Source: an uncultured cyanobacterium
GTDB taxonomy: Bacteria; Cyanobacteriota; Cyanobacteriia; Cyanobacteriales; Nostocaceae
Assembly: GCA_963740315.1 (NCBI GenBank)
Contig: CAVUDP010000001.1
Coordinates: 832,001-896,000, forward strand
DNA length: 64,000 nt
Direction: 5' to 3'
In this document: positions 1 to 10,573 of the stretch, one piece after another
How the letters are laid out: each line of letters opens with the position of its first letter
How positions within the stretch are numbered: position 1 is the stretch's first letter
Notes under the pieces: generated by a model
What the model was told of the DNA's origin: nothing
Databases searched by the model: none
Seen by the model: only the letters and a program-made list of their open reading frames with translations
Program-made: the position numbers and the translations under genes

Positions 1-643
1 CAAAAAAAAATTACAAATTAAAACAACATTTTTATACAGTCAATCAAACAACGTAATTCCGTTAATTAAATGACAAGACTTGCATTATTAACGATGCTAT
101 TCTCAACTAGCGAAAAAGTTGTAAATTTTGATTGCAATATATAGCTTTAAACCCCTAATTCCAATTTTTAAATTATTGAGATTTATTAAGTGAAAAAATA
201 TATGATACTAAAATTAAATTGATAAAACCGTATTTAAACGCTTGAAAAATAAATATGCTTATTAAATACGTCACCTGATGAAAAATAATATTTCCTCAAC
301 CCCCCATCGCGATCGCAACATCTCACCAAAAAAGCTCTGCGCTCCTTTGCGCTTACCTCCCTCCCCTCTGCGTTGAAAAATAGATAATTCCGTCATTGAC
401 AGATTTGAGATAAAAAAAGTAATTTATTTAACTCGAAATAAATAAAAATAGTAATTATATGCAAAATCCCAAGGATTATATAAACCACGATTGTAAAAAA
501 TGCAGCAAATAACCTGTAGTCAACTTGATATAAAGGGTTAAAACCCTGACTACAAACTTAAATAAACTTTGAGTAAGTCAGGATAACCTCGGTAGGATGG
601 GTTATCATCATATATTGTCAGCTTGCAATCTGCATCAATATTC

Positions 644-3205
644 ATGACTGCATCTAAACACCAAAATACAACAACGATTACCGACCATCGCACGGTGGAT
701 ATCAGTAAGCTGAGTCAAATGTACCAGCATTATATTGAAACTAAGGAAAAACATCCTCATGCGGTGCTTTTTTATCGAGTAGGTGATTTTTTTGAATGTT
801 ATTTTGAAGATGCTGTCACGTTAGCGCAGGAATTAGAACTCGTCTTAACTAGTAAGCAAGCTGGTGCTGATGTGGGAAGGGTGGCTATGAGTGGTGTTCC
901 CCATCATTCTTGGGAACGTCATGCTACTGGCTTAGTTGAGAAAGGCTATGCGGTAGTAATTTGCGACCAGGTTGAAGATGCTTCGCAAGTTACTGGTGGT
1001 AGGTTAGTTAAAAGGGAAATTACTAGAATATTAACTCCCGGTACTTTGTTAGAAGATGGGATGTTGAAAGCAAGTCGGAACAATTATTTAGCTGCTGTGG
1101 TAATTGCGGGGGATAATTGGGGTTTGGCTTATGCTGATATTTCAACTGGAGAATTTTTAACTACTCAAACAAACGATTTGGAGCATTTAACTCAAGAGTT
1201 GATGCGATTGCAGCCGAGTGAGGTGTTATTTCCTACTAATGCGCCGGATTTGGGTGCTTTGTTAAGACCTGGTGAAAAGTCTAATAGTTTACCCGAATGT
1301 CTGCCACAGTCTTTTTGTTATGCATTGCGATCGCAGGTTCCTTTTTCTCAAGGGGAAGCCAGAAGCAGACTTTTACAAAAGTTCAAAGTGCGCTCTCTGG
1401 AAGGGCTTGGTTGCGATCATCTTCCTTTAGCTGTTCGTGCTGCTGGTGGTTTGTTGGAATATCTGGAGGAGACGCAGAAGGAAAATAAGGTTCCTTTGCA
1501 ACCTTTGCGAACATATACTTTTACTGACTTTTTAGTTGTAGATTATTCGACAAGGCGCAACCTGGAAATTACGCAGACGATTCGCGATGGTACTTATCAT
1601 GGCTCGCTGTCGTGGGCTATGGATAGAACGACTACGGCAATGGGTGGACGTGCTTTAAAAAGATGGTTGTTGCAGCCGTTGTTGGATGTGAAGGGGATTC
1701 GCTCTCGACAAGATACTATACAAGAGTTGACTGAAAATACAACTTTGCGTCAAGATTTACGCGGGTTGTTAAAGCAGATTTACGATTTGGAAAGGTTGTC
1801 TGGACGTTCTGGATCTGGAACTGCAAATGCTAAGGATTTATGGGCGTTGGCGGATTCTTTATCTAAGTTACCGCAGTTGGCTAATTTGGTAATGGATGCT
1901 CGTTCTCCTTTTTTGAAAGCTTTGCAAAAAGTTCCGCCGAGTATGGAAGAGTTAGCGGATAAAATCAAAGCTCATATTGTCGAATCACCACCGATACAGA
2001 TTAAGGAAGGTGGTTTAATTAGGGAAGGGATAAATCCTTTATTGGATGAGAGAAAGGAATTGGTAGAAGATGACCAAAAATGGATTGCGAATTTAGAAAT
2101 TGATGAAAGGGAAAGGACGGGAATTCCTAAATTAAAAGTTGGTTATAACAAGACTTTTGGTTATTATCTCAGCGTTTCTCGTGCTTTAGCCGAGAAAGTT
2201 CCCGATAATTACATTCGCAAGCAGACGTTAACTAATGAAGAACGATATATAACTCCCGAATTGAAGGAAAGGGAAGCTCGAATTTTAACTGCGAGAGACG
2301 ATTTGAATAAGTTGGAATACGACATCTTTCTTGCGTTAAGAGAAGAAGTTGGTTCCCTTGCCGAAACCATTCGCAATATTTCCCGTGCGGTAGCAGCCGC
2401 TGATGTGTTGTGTGGTTTGGCAGAGTTAGCGGTGTTTCAAGGTTATTGTCGTCCCTCCATTATTGAAGGAAGAGAAATTACGATTATCGACGGCAGACAT
2501 CCGGTAGTAGAACAATCTTTACCCGCTGGTTTCTTTGTACCAAATTCGACTTATTTGGGCAGGGAAGAAAATGGAAATAAAGATTCCCCTCCAGATTTAA
2601 TTATTTTAACTGGGCCAAACGCCAGCGGTAAAAGTTGTTACCTGCGTCAGGTGGGATTAATTCAGTTAATGGCACAGGTTGGAAGTTATATTCCAGCTAG
2701 CTCGGCAACTTTGGGAGTGTGCGATCGCATTTTTACTCGCGTAGGTGCGGTGGATGATTTAGCTACCGGACAATCTACTTTTATGGTGGAAATGAACGAG
2801 ACAGCGAATATTCTCAATCATGGTACAAGTAAATCTTTGGTATTGTTAGATGAAATTGGTAGAGGTACGGCAACTTTTGATGGACTTTCTATTGCATGGG
2901 CAGTAGGAGAATATATTGCCACCGAACTTTTAGCCAGAACAATTTTTGCAACTCACTATCACGAACTTAACGAATTAGCATCTTTATTAGATAACGTTGC
3001 TAACTATCAGGTGACAGTGAAAGAAATGCCAGATCAAATTATCTTTTTGCATCAAGTACAACCCGGTGGTGCTGATAAATCTTATGGAATTGAAGCGGGG
3101 AGGTTGGCAGGTTTACCAGCAACGGTGATAAAGCGAGCCAAACAGGTGATGGGGCAAATAGAGCAGCATAGTAAAATTGCGATCGGGTTGAAATCGTTGG
3201 ATTAA
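644..3205 (+). CDS. mutS: DNA mismatch repair protein MutS
   Basis: GDFFE mismatch-binding motif, Walker [37 protein letters not shown] at 644 preferred over TTG at 623. Confidence 0.97.
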   Translation: MTASKHQNTTTITDHRTVDISKLSQMYQHYIETKEKHPHAVLFYRVGDFFECYFEDAVTLAQELELVLTSKQAGADVGRVAMSGVPHHSWERHATGLVEKGYAVVICDQVEDASQVTGGRLVKREITRILTPGTLLEDGMLKASRNNYLAAVVIAGDNWGLAYADISTGEFLTTQTNDLEHLTQELMRLQPSEVLFPTNAPDLGALLRPGEKSNSLPECLPQSFCYALRSQVPFSQGEARSRLLQKFKVRSLEGLGCDHLPLAVRAAGGLLEYLEETQKENKVPLQPLRTYTFTDFLVVDYSTRRNLEITQTIRDGTYHGSLSWAMDRTTTAMGGRALKRWLLQPLLDVKGIRSRQDTIQELTENTTLRQDLRGLLKQIYDLERLSGRSGSGTANAKDLWALADSLSKLPQLANLVMDARSPFLKALQKVPPSMEELADKIKAHIVESPPIQIKEGGLIREGINPLLDERKELVEDDQKWIANLEIDERERTGIPKLKVGYNKTFGYYLSVSRALAEKVPDNYIRKQTLTNEERYITPELKEREARILTARDDLNKLEYDIFLALREEVGSLAETIRNISRAVAAADVLCGLAELAVFQGYCRPSIIEGREITIIDGRHPVVEQSLPAGFFVPNSTYLGREENGNKDSPPDLIILTGPNASGKSCYLRQVGLIQLMAQVGSYIPASSATLGVCDRIFTRVGAVDDLATGQSTFMVEMNETANILNHGTSKSLVLLDEIGRGTATFDGLSIAWAVGEYIATELLARTIFATHYHELNELASLLDNVANYQVTVKEMPDQIIFLHQVQPGGADKSYGIEAGRLAGLPATVIKRAKQVMGQIEQHSKIAIGLKSLD

Positions 3206-3290
3206 AAGACCTAACCGTTAACTTCCTTCCCGGAGCAGAGAAGGGGGAACTTGAAAAAGCCTTTGTCCTCAGAGGAGAGAGGTCATAATT

Positions 3291-3710
3291 TTAATCCTGA
3301 CAGCGATCGCAAACACCCTGCACCGTCAATTCATATTTATCTACGGTTAACCCAGCACGAATATTCTTAAAACTAATACCTTCAACCTGCTCCCAATCAA
3401 TATCTTCAATACTTTTGCATTTGTTGCAGCGGAAATGGTGGTGTGATGAAACGTTTGCATCGTAACGACAAACACCTTCTTCTAATAAAACTTCTCTAAC
3501 CAAACCCACATCTCTTAAAGCTTGAAGAGAACTATATATCGTAGCTTGAGAAGAAGTAGGGCTGTTTTGATTTAAACTAATTAATATTTGTTCGGCAGTT
3601 GGATGATCTTGACGATTAAGTAGGTTGGAATAAACTGCAAACCGCTGGGGAGTTACTCGCAATCCCTTAGACTTTAAAGTTTGGACAATTTTATCGGCTT
3701 GTTTTTCCAT
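3291..3710 (-). CDS. perR: Fur-family peroxide-responsive regulator (PerR-like)
   Basis: LRVTPQR, HPTAE, HHHFRCxxC and C-terminal CxxC; divergent from a peroxiredoxin as in the known cyanobacterial PerR-Prx pair. Confidence 0.85.
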   Translation of the reverse strand: MEKQADKIVQTLKSKGLRVTPQRFAVYSNLLNRQDHPTAEQILISLNQNSPTSSQATIYSSLQALRDVGLVREVLLEEGVCRYDANVSSHHHFRCNKCKSIEDIDWEQVEGISFKNIRAGLTVDKYELTVQGVCDRCQD

Positions 3711-3842
3711 ATTTATGATATATAAAGCGGATTGAATCAAAAGATAGGACTAATCCGAGCATAAATTTTTTGTATAAGTATTAATTTAACAAAAAACTAA
3801 AAATAACCAATGAGTAATTATCTCTATTGAATATTTATTAAC

Positions 3843-3857
3843 TAAGAATTATTCTGA
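3843..3857. promoter_or_regulatory. Putative Per/Fur box (7-1-7 inverted repeat)
   Basis: TAAGAAT-T-ATTCTGA, one mismatch from a perfect 7-1-7 palindrome, between perR and the peroxiredoxin. Confidence 0.55.
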
Positions 3858-3901
3858 CTTAGAAGTTAATCAAATCTTTGCTCAAAAATCAGGAGGTAAC
3901 T

Positions 3902-4474
3902 ATGGCTGCAATCCAACAAGTTCCTAACGTCGTCTTTAAAACTCGCGTCCGTGATGAGTCAGTTGAAGGCCCCAATCCTTATCGTTGGGAAGATAAAACC
4001 ACTCAAGGTATTTTTGCTGGTAAGAAAGTTGTAGTATTCTCTTTGCCCGGTGCGTTTACTCCCACCTGCTCTTCCAATCACCTGCCACGCTACGAAGAAC
4101 TTTATGATGAGTTTAAGGCTTCAGGTGTGGATCGAATCATCTGCGTTTCTGTAAATGATGCTTTTGTAATGTTCCAGTGGGGAAAGCAAGTTGGAGCAAA
4201 GAATGTTTACTTACTTCCCGATGGTAGCGGTGAATTTACCCGCAAAATGGGAATGCTCGTTGATAAATCAAATTTAGGTTTCGGATATCGTTCTTGGCGT
4301 TATTCCATGTTGGTGAATGATGGCACCATTGAAAAGATGTTCGTTGAGCCGGATTTTGGCGATAACTGTCCCACCGATCCTTTTGAAGTTTCCGACGCTG
4401 ATACCATGTTGGCTTATTTAAAGGGAGGTAAATCAGCTGGTGTTTCCGCTTCTCGTCGCGCATTTGTAGGATAA
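3902..4474 (+). CDS. Type II (Prx5-like) peroxiredoxin
   Basis: PGAFTPTCS motif, [24 protein letters not shown] at 3891-3896. Confidence 0.95.
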   Translation: MAAIQQVPNVVFKTRVRDESVEGPNPYRWEDKTTQGIFAGKKVVVFSLPGAFTPTCSSNHLPRYEELYDEFKASGVDRIICVSVNDAFVMFQWGKQVGAKNVYLLPDGSGEFTRKMGMLVDKSNLGFGYRSWRYSMLVNDGTIEKMFVEPDFGDNCPTDPFEVSDADTMLAYLKGGKSAGVSASRRAFVG

Positions 4475-4567
4475 GCGAAGAATTTTGGATTTTGGATTTC
4501 TCTCATCAGTGGAATCCAATCCAAAATCTATTAAAAATCAACATACTTTTTTATTCAGAATTAGATT

Positions 4568-4722
4568 AAGTGGTAGGTTGGGTTAGACGCAGAAAAAACT
4601 TAAACATAAACGAATAAATTTACCCAAGCGTCGTAACCCAACAAAGTGGTAGGTTGGGTTAGACGCAGAAAAAACTTAAACATAAACGAATAAATTTACC
4701 CAAGCGTCGTAACCCAACAAAG
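4568..4722. repeat. Exact tandem duplication (2 x 76 bp) of a GTAG-type REP
   Basis: Units start at 4568 and 4644; each contains GTAG-GTTGGGTTA-GACGC...GCGTC-G-TAACCCAAC. Confidence 0.9.
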
Positions 4723-4887
4723 CGCGTTTTTATTTCATATAGACATTTTTGAAGGGATTTGTTTTATTGGATGTTAAATATTGTTGTGGTGTAAATTATT
4801 TATTTTAATCTTCTCGATTGAATTGAAATAGCATTAATTAACAATTAACCGTTACTAAACTTACCTATAAACTTCAAATTACCAAGT

Positions 4888-5363
4888 TCAACAACTATCG
4901 TTCCTAATGCTACCATCCGGCATAGTAGTTCGACAGAAAATACAACCAATTTCTAACCAATAATCAATTTCAACTCCAGTAGCATTATTCAACCTAGCAT
5001 TGGTTAAGTTAGTATTTGTAACCAAAACTTCACTCAATTCAGCACGAATTAAGCTAGCTCCAGTAGAGTCAGCACCACTGAGGTTAGCCTGAGCCAAAGT
5101 TGCACCCGCAAGACTAGCCCGGATGAGAAGAGCATTACTCAAATCGCTCTGGCCAAATCGGCTCCTCGCAGAGAACAATCACTCAAGTTGGTTCCGATCG
5201 TATCAGCATGGAGAATAGCACCACTGAAATTCGACCCACTCAAGTTAACGCCGTCCAATTCTCCACCTCTACCTCCTCCACTAAATCGGATACCAGCAAA
5301 ATTTCTTTCCCCCATGTTATAACGCTCAATCAATTGTTCGGCAGTCAATTCAGTAAATTTCAT
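4888..5363 (-). pseudogene. Frameshifted pentapeptide-repeat protein
   Basis: ORFs 5139-5363 and 4888-5178 join into one A(D/N)Lxx protein if one base is restored near 5145-5146. Confidence 0.8.
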
Positions 5364-5496
5364 GTCTATTCGTCATCAGAAATGTATACGGTAAATAAGC
5401 TCTATCGTAATCCATTCCTATTGTCAAAAAATTGGCAGAATACGCCAAAATTTAATAGATGTTTTTAAAAGCCAACAAAATACAAAGGTTTTAACA

Positions 5497-5658
5497 ATGA
5501 ATCACAAATACATCCTTCAAACACAAAAAGAAATCGACAATAAACATCTAGAAGCCTTATTAATAGAAGGTTTAGAAAGTGGTAAACCAGTAGAAATTAA
5601 CAAAGAGTGGTGGCAGAAAAAGCGAGCAGAATTAATCCAACGCTTACAGAAAAAATAA
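5497..5658 (+). CDS. 53-aa ParD-like antitoxin C-terminal fragment (not in ORF track)
   Basis: MNHKYILQTQKEIDNKHLEALLIEGLESGKPVEINKEWWQKKRAELIQRLQKK; LEALLxEGLxSG..WW resembles the C-terminus of ParD/CC2985-type antitoxins. Confidence 0.55.
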   Translation: MNHKYILQTQKEIDNKHLEALLIEGLESGKPVEINKEWWQKKRAELIQRLQKK

Positions 5659-5760
5659 ACACATATCCTACAATCCCCAATCCCCATTTATATATTTGAG
5701 AAACTACCCCAAAGCTGATACCGTCTGAAAATTAGTAAATCATCGAAGTGGACTTTCAGC

Positions 5761-7482
5761 TTGAATCGATCAAACTACTGGCAACTTTTACCTTATATCC
5801 GTCCCCAATCGCAAACGATCGCTAAGGGTTTTGTGGGAATTATCGGATATGTTATCGCAACATTAGGACTAATTAAGCTTGTAGAAGAGTTAGCAACTCC
5901 CTTTGGACAAGGAAATGTTTTACAGATAGCGAAGCTTGCGGTTATTTTGGCAGGAGTTTTCTTAATTAGGGGATTTTTTCAATCAGTACAAGATATTTAC
6001 ATGGCGAAAGCTGCTTTAAGGGTAGCTTATAATCTCCGCAAGCAGGTTTACGCTCATCTACAAAGGTTGAATTTAAGTTACTTTGAAACCGCAAAAGCTG
6101 GAGATTTATCTTACCGACTCACCGAAGATGTCGATCGCGTTGGGGAAGTTGTCCACAAGATGTTTCACGATTTTATCCCTTCAGCTTTGCAACTAGTTTC
6201 CATTCCTATATACATGATTTACCTTAGTTGGCAACTAACCTTAGCTACATTAATTATTGCTCCCTTGATGGGAGTTTTAATTGCTTGGTTTGGCGATCGC
6301 TTACAAAAGTTATCTCGTCGCAGTCAAAATCATGTATCCGATTTATCGGCAATTTTAACTGAGGTGTTTGGCGGAATCAGGATTATACAAGCGTTTGCGG
6401 CGGAGTCTTACGAAGTTGAAAGGTTTAGTAAGGAAGCGGAAGGCACTTTAAAAGCTAAGTATAATACCGAACGATTAAAAGCAATTCAAATTCCGATTAT
6501 CGGATTTTTACAGGCATTAAGTTTTTTATTATTATTGTTTTTTGCAGCTTGGCAGATTTCTATAGAAAATATTACCGTTGGAACATTTTTTAGTTATCTG
6601 TCAGCAGCAGCTTTATTAATCGATCCTGTAGGACATACTACTAATAACTATAATTTATTTAAGGAAGGGGAAGCTTCTGTAGACAGAGTTTTTGAATTAT
6701 TAGCAATTAAACCAGCAGTAGTTGAGAAAACAGACGCGATAATTCTTCCCAGAGTTACGGGTAAGGTAGAATATCGTAACGTTAGCTTTGCCTATCAACC
6801 AGATAAACCTATAATTAAAGATATTGACTTGTTGGCAATGCCGGGGGAAGCGATCGCTCTCGTAGGTGCTTCCGGTGCTGGTAAAACCACATTTGTAAAT
6901 CTTTTACCGCGCTTTTATGATACCCAACTCGGTCAAATTTTAATCGATGGAATTGATATAAAAGATGTTACGCTGAATAGTTTGCGGCGACAAATTGGAA
7001 TAGTACCCCAAGAAACCGTGATGTTTTCCGGTACCATTGCTGGTAATATTGCTTTCGGACAAACTGAATTTGATATGCAAGCTGTTGAAGAAGCAGCGAA
7101 AATTGCTAACGCACACGATTTTATCAGTCAACTGCCAGATGGTTATTATACCGTAGTTGGGGAACGCGGTGCAAAACTATCTGGGGGACAAAGACAAAGA
7201 ATTGCGATCGCCCGTGCAGTATTATTAAATCCGAGAATATTGATATTAGATGAAGCGACATCTGCACTAGATTCGGAATCGGAAGCTTTGGTACAGGAAG
7301 CATTGGAAAGATTGATGGTAAATCGCACGGTGTTTATAATAGCTCACCGTTTGAGTACCGTGAGGAAATGCGATCGAATTTTAGTAATGGAACATGGGGA
7401 AGTAGTTGAATCGGGTACCCATGATGAATTGTTGGCTTTTGAGCGTCGGTATGCCAGATTTTATGCAAGGCAGTTTAGTTGA
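5761..7482 (+). CDS. ABC exporter, fused permease/ATPase (MsbA-like)
   Basis: N-terminal TM domain, GASGAGKT, LSGGQRQR, ILDEATSALD; TTG start. Confidence 0.93.
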   Translation: MNRSNYWQLLPYIRPQSQTIAKGFVGIIGYVIATLGLIKLVEELATPFGQGNVLQIAKLAVILAGVFLIRGFFQSVQDIYMAKAALRVAYNLRKQVYAHLQRLNLSYFETAKAGDLSYRLTEDVDRVGEVVHKMFHDFIPSALQLVSIPIYMIYLSWQLTLATLIIAPLMGVLIAWFGDRLQKLSRRSQNHVSDLSAILTEVFGGIRIIQAFAAESYEVERFSKEAEGTLKAKYNTERLKAIQIPIIGFLQALSFLLLLFFAAWQISIENITVGTFFSYLSAAALLIDPVGHTTNNYNLFKEGEASVDRVFELLAIKPAVVEKTDAIILPRVTGKVEYRNVSFAYQPDKPIIKDIDLLAMPGEAIALVGASGAGKTTFVNLLPRFYDTQLGQILIDGIDIKDVTLNSLRRQIGIVPQETVMFSGTIAGNIAFGQTEFDMQAVEEAAKIANAHDFISQLPDGYYTVVGERGAKLSGGQRQRIAIARAVLLNPRILILDEATSALDSESEALVQEALERLMVNRTVFIIAHRLSTVRKCDRILVMEHGEVVESGTHDELLAFERRYARFYARQFS

Positions 7483-7733
7483 ATTCACATCTTGCAACAT
7501 TTTCAATAAGCTTCACAAACCGCCTTAGAATAAATTCTCAGGCTAATAAGCAAAGTCTGATAAATCAGACTAGGTAAGAAATAAGAGTGCGTTTTAACGT
7601 ACTTTGTATATGCAGCCCTGAAATTGATTTCAAGGTGGGATGGGGTAAAACGCAAGATTGCTACAAAATGTTAGGTAATGATAGTTTTTTTTGTATAATT
7701 AAATATTATTTATTATTTCTCCCCTCAGTATTT

Positions 7734-7766
7734 GTAGGGTGCGTTATGGCTTCAGCCTAACGCACC
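7734..7766 (+). repeat. GTAG-type REP (short loop); supplies the stop codon of the CHAT gene
   Basis: GTAG GGTGCGTTA tGGCT tc AGCC TAACGCACC. Confidence 0.75.
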
Positions 7767-8464
7767 GAAATTCTATCTCTAATTTTAATTCGTGGAGTTT
7801 GCGATTCGGGAATACTTTGTAAATCAAGGGCATTTTTGCCAAATTCAAAACTATCTTGATAATTCCGAGCATTGAATAAACCCTGATAAAAACCAGTTGC
7901 AAACTTAATTGCAGCATTATCCCCAATAGCCTGATTCATCCCAATTACACAATTAATATGCTCGTGAATTGCTTCTGCTTGTACTTCGCTATAACAAGCA
8001 TTCATCACCACACATTCAACATTCTCTTGACATAACTTAAATAAATCAGCTAAAGACTGACTACTGACAAATTGCTGTTGTCCGTTTTGATTGTCTAATA
8101 TTAAACCATCATCCCCCGCACCATGCCCGCAAAAGTGAACAATATTTGGCTTATGGTGTAATAAAGCCGAGTGCAAGTCATCAACTTGTATAGCCCACTT
8201 ACTGATAATTTTAATTTCTTCTCGATATTCAGCTTGTCTGTGGACTTTTTCGATTTCTCGCACTTCTTTATCTAAGCGCAGTTTAGTTGTATCTGTGGGA
8301 TTAGCGGCTAAAATCAAGATTTTTTTTGGTTGAGTAGCTTTTTCTGATACTTCGTTGTTTTGGATTCCGATTTGGTTGCCTTGTATTGTGGTATCTCCGG
8401 CATTGACGTTACCAACTTCTTTATTAAAGTTAAATTGATTTTGATACTTATAATTTTCTGACAT
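7757..8464 (-). CDS. CHAT (caspase-like) domain protein with N-terminal N/Q/G-rich motif
   Basis: KILILAANP..LRLDKEVREI, HFCGHG and NACYS His/Cys motifs, AAIKFATGFY. Confidence 0.85.
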   Translation of the reverse strand: MSENYKYQNQFNFNKEVGNVNAGDTTIQGNQIGIQNNEVSEKATQPKKILILAANPTDTTKLRLDKEVREIEKVHRQAEYREEIKIISKWAIQVDDLHSALLHHKPNIVHFCGHGAGDDGLILDNQNGQQQFVSSQSLADLFKLCQENVECVVMNACYSEVQAEAIHEHINCVIGMNQAIGDNAAIKFATGFYQGLFNARNYQDSFEFGKNALDLQSIPESQTPRIKIRDRISVR

Positions 8465-8480
8465 ATTTTTATTCCTTAAT

Positions 8481-8558
8481 TGTCATTGCGACTGAAACGA
8501 AGTGCAGGGAAGCAATCCCAGCAATTGAGAGATTACGTCGCTGCCGCTCGTAATGACG
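8481..8558. repeat. CGTC-type palindromic repeat
   Basis: TGTCATTGCG...GAAGCAATC...GAGATTACGTC...CTCGTAATGACG; relatives near 51785-51901 and 52792-52822. Confidence 0.65.
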
Positions 8559-8572
8559 TAATCACCTTGCTT

Positions 8573-10573
8573 TTACGTAAGTCTTGGATTATTTTGAGTG
8601 CCTATTTGATTTTGTACATTTGTATCTCCGGCATTGACGTTACCTACAGATTGATTAAAAATAAAAGTTTTTGATGAATTAGAACTATCTGAATTTATCT
8701 CATCTTCTACCGGCAGAGAATGGAAAAGATCGTGATTATAAAACTTAAACCGCTCTTGAATTTTTAATATTATATTTTCTGCTCTACTTGTATCATTCAA
8801 AAGTAACCGCCACAGTTGAGCAATTTTATCTGAATTTGCAATTTCTCCTAATGCATCTGCCGCACTCCTATCAACATAGGAATCTCGTTCGTTCAAAGCT
8901 TTAATAAGAGGATCAACTGCCCTTTCGCTGCCGATTTTTCCTAATGCATATGCGGCTCTGCTACGATCATAGGAATCTCGATCGTTCAAAGCATTAATAA
9001 GAGGATCAACTGCCTTTTCGCTACGGATTTCTCCTAATGCATGTGCGGCTTTCCAACAAACATCGGAATCTTGATGATTCAAAGCTTTAATAAGAGGATC
9101 AACTGCCCTTTCGCTGCCGATTTTTCCTAATGCATCTGCGGCACTGCTACGAACATAGGAATCTTCATGATTCAAAGCATTAATAAGAGCATCAACTGCC
9201 TTTTCGCTGCCGATTTTTCCTAATGCAGATGCGGCTCTGCAACGAAGATAGGAATCTTCATGATTCAAAGCATTAATAAGAGCATCAACTGCCTTTTCGC
9301 TGCCGATTTCTCCTAATGCAGATGCGGCACTGCTACGAAGAAAGGAATCTCGATCGTTCAAAGCATTAATAAGAGGATCAACTGCCTTTTCGCTGCCGAT
9401 TTTTCCTAATGCAGATGCGGCTCTCTTACGATCATCGCAAGATTCATGATTCAAAGCATTAATAAGAGGAACAACTGCCTTTTCGCTGCCGATTCTTCCT
9501 AATGAATCTGCGGCACTCCTACGAACATCGGAATCTTCATGATTCAAAGCATTAATAAGAGGAACAACTGCCTTTTCGCTGCCGATTTTTCCTAATGCAT
9601 CTGCGGCTCTCCAAGCAAAATAGTAACCTTGATCGTTCAAAGCTTTAATAAGAGGATTAACTGCCTTTTCGCTGCCGATTTTTACTAATGCATCTGCGGC
9701 TCTCCAAGCAACATAGTAACCTTGATCATTCAAAGCTTTAATAAGAGGATTAACTGCCTTTTCGCTGCCGATTTCTCCTAATGCATCTGCGGCACTCCTA
9801 CGAACATCGGAATCTTCATGATTCAAAGCATTAATAAGAGCATCAACTGCCTTTTCGCTGCCGATTTCTCTTAATGCATCTGCGGCTCTCCTATGAACTT
9901 CGGTATCTCGATCGTTCAAAGGATTAATAAGAGCATCAACTGCCTTTTCGCTGCGGATTTCTCTTAATGCATATGCGGCACTGCTACGAACATAGGAATC
10001 TTCATGATTTAAAGCTTTAATAAGAGTATCAACTGCCTTTTCGCTGCCGATTTCTCCTAATGCATATGTGGCATTCCTACGAACATCGGAATCTTCATGA
10101 TTCAAAGCATTAATAAGAGGAACAACTGCCTTTTCGCTGCCGATTTTTCCTAATGCATATGTGGCATTCCTACGAACATCGGAATCTTCATGATTCAAAG
10201 CATTAATAAGATCATCAACTGCACAGTCTGAACGAGTAATCTCTAATAAGCGAATTTCCAGTAATTTGGTTAATTCTCGATCTAAAATAAGATTTACACT
10301 CTGTTGCCCAAACTCCGATTTCACCTCTCCCGCTAACCGCGCACCCAGCATCAAATCCACATCCAAGCCTAACCTTACCACCCGTAACGCTTGCGCTTCA
10401 TTTTCAACTAACGCCAACATTAACGCTACAGGCTCAGTCCATTTGAACAAGTTTAAATAATCGCGTTTTAATTTAGCATCGCTAATGTGAGGTAATTCTC
10501 TCAGCCAGTATTCAGCAGCATAATATTCTTGTAATAACTGGTGGCGAAACTCGATTTTGTTACCACTCCCCAC
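8573..10573 (-). CDS. HEAT/PBS-lyase repeat protein; C-terminal remnant of a NACHT-HEAT (NLR-like) gene
   Basis: 15 x 31-aa repeats; N-terminus FRHQLLQEYYAA is the post-NACHT winged-helix motif; frame extends upstream as YEDLLKHHLIQ to about 10606. Confidence 0.85.
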   Translation of the reverse strand: MGSGNKIEFRHQLLQEYYAAEYWLRELPHISDAKLKRDYLNLFKWTEPVALMLALVENEAQALRVVRLGLDVDLMLGARLAGEVKSEFGQQSVNLILDRELTKLLEIRLLEITRSDCAVDDLINALNHEDSDVRRNATYALGKIGSEKAVVPLINALNHEDSDVRRNATYALGEIGSEKAVDTLIKALNHEDSYVRSSAAYALREIRSEKAVDALINPLNDRDTEVHRRAADALREIGSEKAVDALINALNHEDSDVRRSAADALGEIGSEKAVNPLIKALNDQGYYVAWRAADALVKIGSEKAVNPLIKALNDQGYYFAWRAADALGKIGSEKAVVPLINALNHEDSDVRRSAADSLGRIGSEKAVVPLINALNHESCDDRKRAASALGKIGSEKAVDPLINALNDRDSFLRSSAASALGEIGSEKAVDALINALNHEDSYLRCRAASALGKIGSEKAVDALINALNHEDSYVRSSAADALGKIGSERAVDPLIKALNHQDSDVCWKAAHALGEIRSEKAVDPLINALNDRDSYDRSRAAYALGKIGSERAVDPLIKALNERDSYVDRSAADALGEIANSDKIAQLWRLLLNDTSRAENIILKIQERFKFYNHDLFHSLPVEDEINSDSSNSSKTFIFNQSVGNVNAGDTNVQNQIGTQNNPRLT
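8828..10222 (-). repeat. Array of 15 x 93-bp coding repeats
   Basis: AVxxLIxALNxxDSxVRxxAAxALGxIGSEK unit, near-identical at DNA level. Confidence 0.92.

Noticed and set aside
4568..4722. Repeat-spacer-repeat appearance suggesting a mini CRISPR array
   Set aside because: The two 'spacers' are identical, the unit is a REP hairpin, and there are no cas genes in the window.
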